64,000 nt of DNA from Acidimicrobiia bacterium. GTDB taxonomy: Bacteria; Actinomycetota; Acidimicrobiia; IMCC26256; JBBRZM01. Below are positions 62,553-64,000 of this stretch, one piece after another. A program made the position numbers and the translations under genes. The DNA is taken from NCBI GenBank assembly GCA_038236695.1, contig JBBRZM010000010.1, positions 2,363 to 66,362 on the forward strand, written 5' to 3'. The notes under the pieces were generated by a model that was not told the origin of the DNA, made no database searches, and saw only the letters and a program-made list of their open reading frames with translations. Every line of letters begins with the position of its first letter. Within the stretch, counting starts at the first letter, position 1.

Positions 62553-63517
62553 CCGAGTCTGCGCAGGTCAGCCCGTTGACCTGGCGGACTGATTACGCGC
62601 TCGTGCCGTTCCATCGCGCGTGTATCGCGCGCGCCGAATCTGTTAGGCCCCGCGCGAGCGCCTCGAGCGCGTCATTGGCGCGCTCCTCGGTTCCCGGCAG
62701 GAGGTGGCCGTAGCGGTCGAGCACGACGGCCACCGAAGTGTGTCCGGCGCGGGACGCGATCTCGTTCGGGCTCGCGCCCGCGGCGATCCAGAGGGCGACC
62801 GCGGTGTGGCGCATGTCGTGGACCCTCAGCGGCTCCAGGCCGGCGCTGCGCACCGGTGGCGCCCAGAACCGGCGGCGCCACAGCGAGAGGTGCACAGGGC
62901 CTCCCTCTGGGGCGGGGAAGACGAGTTCGTCGGCAGCCGCCCCGAGGTCGCGCAGGTGGGCGGTCAGGACCTCCGAGACTGAGCGGGGGAGCGGCATGCG
63001 ATCGCACGGGTTGCTCGGCAGCATCCCGTCGTCGACCGCGGCGCCCATGATCTTGCTCAGGATCTGATGTGCCTTCACCACGGTCGCAGGAGCGTGGGTC
63101 ACCGAGAGCTCAGCGACCCACTCACGGATGGCCAGCCGGTCGATCTCGGCGAGCGTGCACTCGGCGAACGTGGGCAAGACGAGGCTGCGGAGGTATGAGT
63201 CGTCGCGTGCTCGTGTCGACGGACGCAGGTTGACCGTCGTTGCGCGCCAGCGCTCTGTCCACTCGGAGAACGCGACGCGACCGAGGCGAGGGTCGCACCA
63301 CTCGCCTCGCAGCAGGTCGGCCTCGACGAGACTCGTGTGCGTCTCGGCGTCCTTGCGACGTCGGAACGTCCGCGTACGCACGGCGCCGCTCGGCGCGCGG
63401 TAGCGGACGTCGTAGCGCACGCCACGGCTCGTCTCACGCTTCTCGCCGCCTGCCGAGTTCGAGGCCACCTACGCTGCCTAACAGACCGACCAGGCACTGG
63501 TTGGAAACCAATAGCCC
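62553..63517. mobile_element. Remnant integrative element at tRNA-Val(CAC): integrase only, bounded by the tRNA 3' half and a degenerate copy of it
   Basis: The tRNA 3' part at 62523-62551 has a degenerate direct copy at 63492-63517. The only gene between them is the integrase. Confidence 0.5.
62593..63468 (-). CDS. Tyrosine-type integrase, apparently internally deleted (291 aa)
   Basis: Arm/core-binding N-terminus (RGVRYDVRYRAPSG...NPCDRMPLPR) joins directly to the C-terminal catalytic half (HDMRHTAVAL...GHTSVAVVLDRYGHL). The segment that normally carries the first catalytic Arg (RxGE) is absent. Transcribed toward the tRNA. Confidence 0.7.
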   Translation of the reverse strand: MASNSAGGEKRETSRGVRYDVRYRAPSGAVRTRTFRRRKDAETHTSLVEADLLRGEWCDPRLGRVAFSEWTERWRATTVNLRPSTRARDDSYLRSLVLPTFAECTLAEIDRLAIREWVAELSVTHAPATVVKAHQILSKIMGAAVDDGMLPSNPCDRMPLPRSVSEVLTAHLRDLGAAADELVFPAPEGGPVHLSLWRRRFWAPPVRSAGLEPLRVHDMRHTAVALWIAAGASPNEIASRAGHTSVAVVLDRYGHLLPGTEERANDALEALARGLTDSARAIHARWNGTSA

Positions 63518-63585
63518 GCGCCTCCATCAACGTCCCAGGGCGATTCAGTTAGGGTACCGACAGGACAACTTGAGGGGATCTGGTC

Positions 63586-64000
63586 ATGCGGGGAGGATGG
63601 TTACGGTTCGGTGTGGTCGTACTCGGGGTGACGGTCGCTACCGCCGCGTGTGGCGGTAGCGGAAGCACCGGGAAAGCGAGCAGTAGCTCGACGAGCCAGA
63701 GCAGCAGCTCGAACTCCACCGGGGCGAGTGGAAGCGGCCCGCAGTCGGTGAAGGTCGATGTCGTCATCACCGGTGACTCGACTGCGACGATCAAGGGCAC
63801 CAAGGGTCAATGCAGCGTCCTCCCGAACGGTGCCGCGTACAGTTTCACCGGCGCTGACTACCCGGATCTCGGAACCGACGGAGCACTCTCCGTCCGCGGT
63901 CCGACGAAGATCGGGGCCAGCCAGACTCAGCCGCCGAGCATCAAGATGATCGTGCAGGGCCGCGGTTATCTCAGCGGTGCCGATGTCGGCGGCATCCAGG
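63586..64000 (+). CDS. Partial CDS (runs off window end): lipoprotein with a Ser-rich linker
   Basis: GAGGGG RBS. MRGGWLRFGVVVLGVTVATAACGGSGSTGKASSSSTSQSSSSNSTG... has a lipobox (ATAAC). The frame stays open to 64000, so it is not in the ORF track. Confidence 0.6.
   Translation, partial: MRGGWLRFGVVVLGVTVATAACGGSGSTGKASSSSTSQSSSSNSTGASGSGPQSVKVDVVITGDSTATIKGTKGQCSVLPNGAAYSFTGADYPDLGTDGALSVRGPTKIGASQTQPPSIKMIVQGRGYLSGADVGGIQ

Overview
High-GC (roughly 70%) actinobacterial-type chromosomal DNA, densely coding. Many stop/start overlaps (ATGA, GTGA, TTGA) indicate operons. I could support five blocks. (1) 1-8.8 kb: acyl-CoA dehydrogenases, a D-aminoacylase-like amidohydrolase, a methyltransferase and an ADH-VOC-LLM operon. 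(2) 8.8-26.8 kb: a same-strand, 14-gene cell-envelope glycan locus. It holds four GT-C membrane glycosyltransferases including a 1482-aa AftD-like protein, a GT2+DUF2304 pair, a GT4, three acyltransferase-3 genes, a flavoprotein and two methyltransferases. (3) 26.8-42 kb: acyl-CoA and 2-oxoacid catabolism, including a four-subunit (gamma-delta-alpha-beta) 2-oxoacid:ferredoxin oxidoreductase co-transcribed with a TetR regulator. (4) 43-48.3 kb: Fur-like regulator, rubrerythrin, CCG Fe-S protein, DUF3501, dut and two tandem LLM oxidoreductases. (5) 48.3-64 kb: a mosaic segment with three tRNA genes (Gly-GCC, Val-GAC, Val-CAC), aceE, envelope genes, several decayed genes and an internally deleted integrase flanked by tRNA-Val 3' repeats. 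I found no rRNA, CRISPR array, transposase or recognisable defence system, and no single clearly novel system. The most interesting signals are a TGAC-N6-GTCA palindrome present five times at promoters, a duplicated structured palindromic element behind two ACAD genes, an 84-bp tandem duplication in the aceE leader, a tRNA-Val(GAC) with C33, and the composition of the glycan locus. All family assignments come from reading the translations, not from database searches. Start codons are often uncertain.
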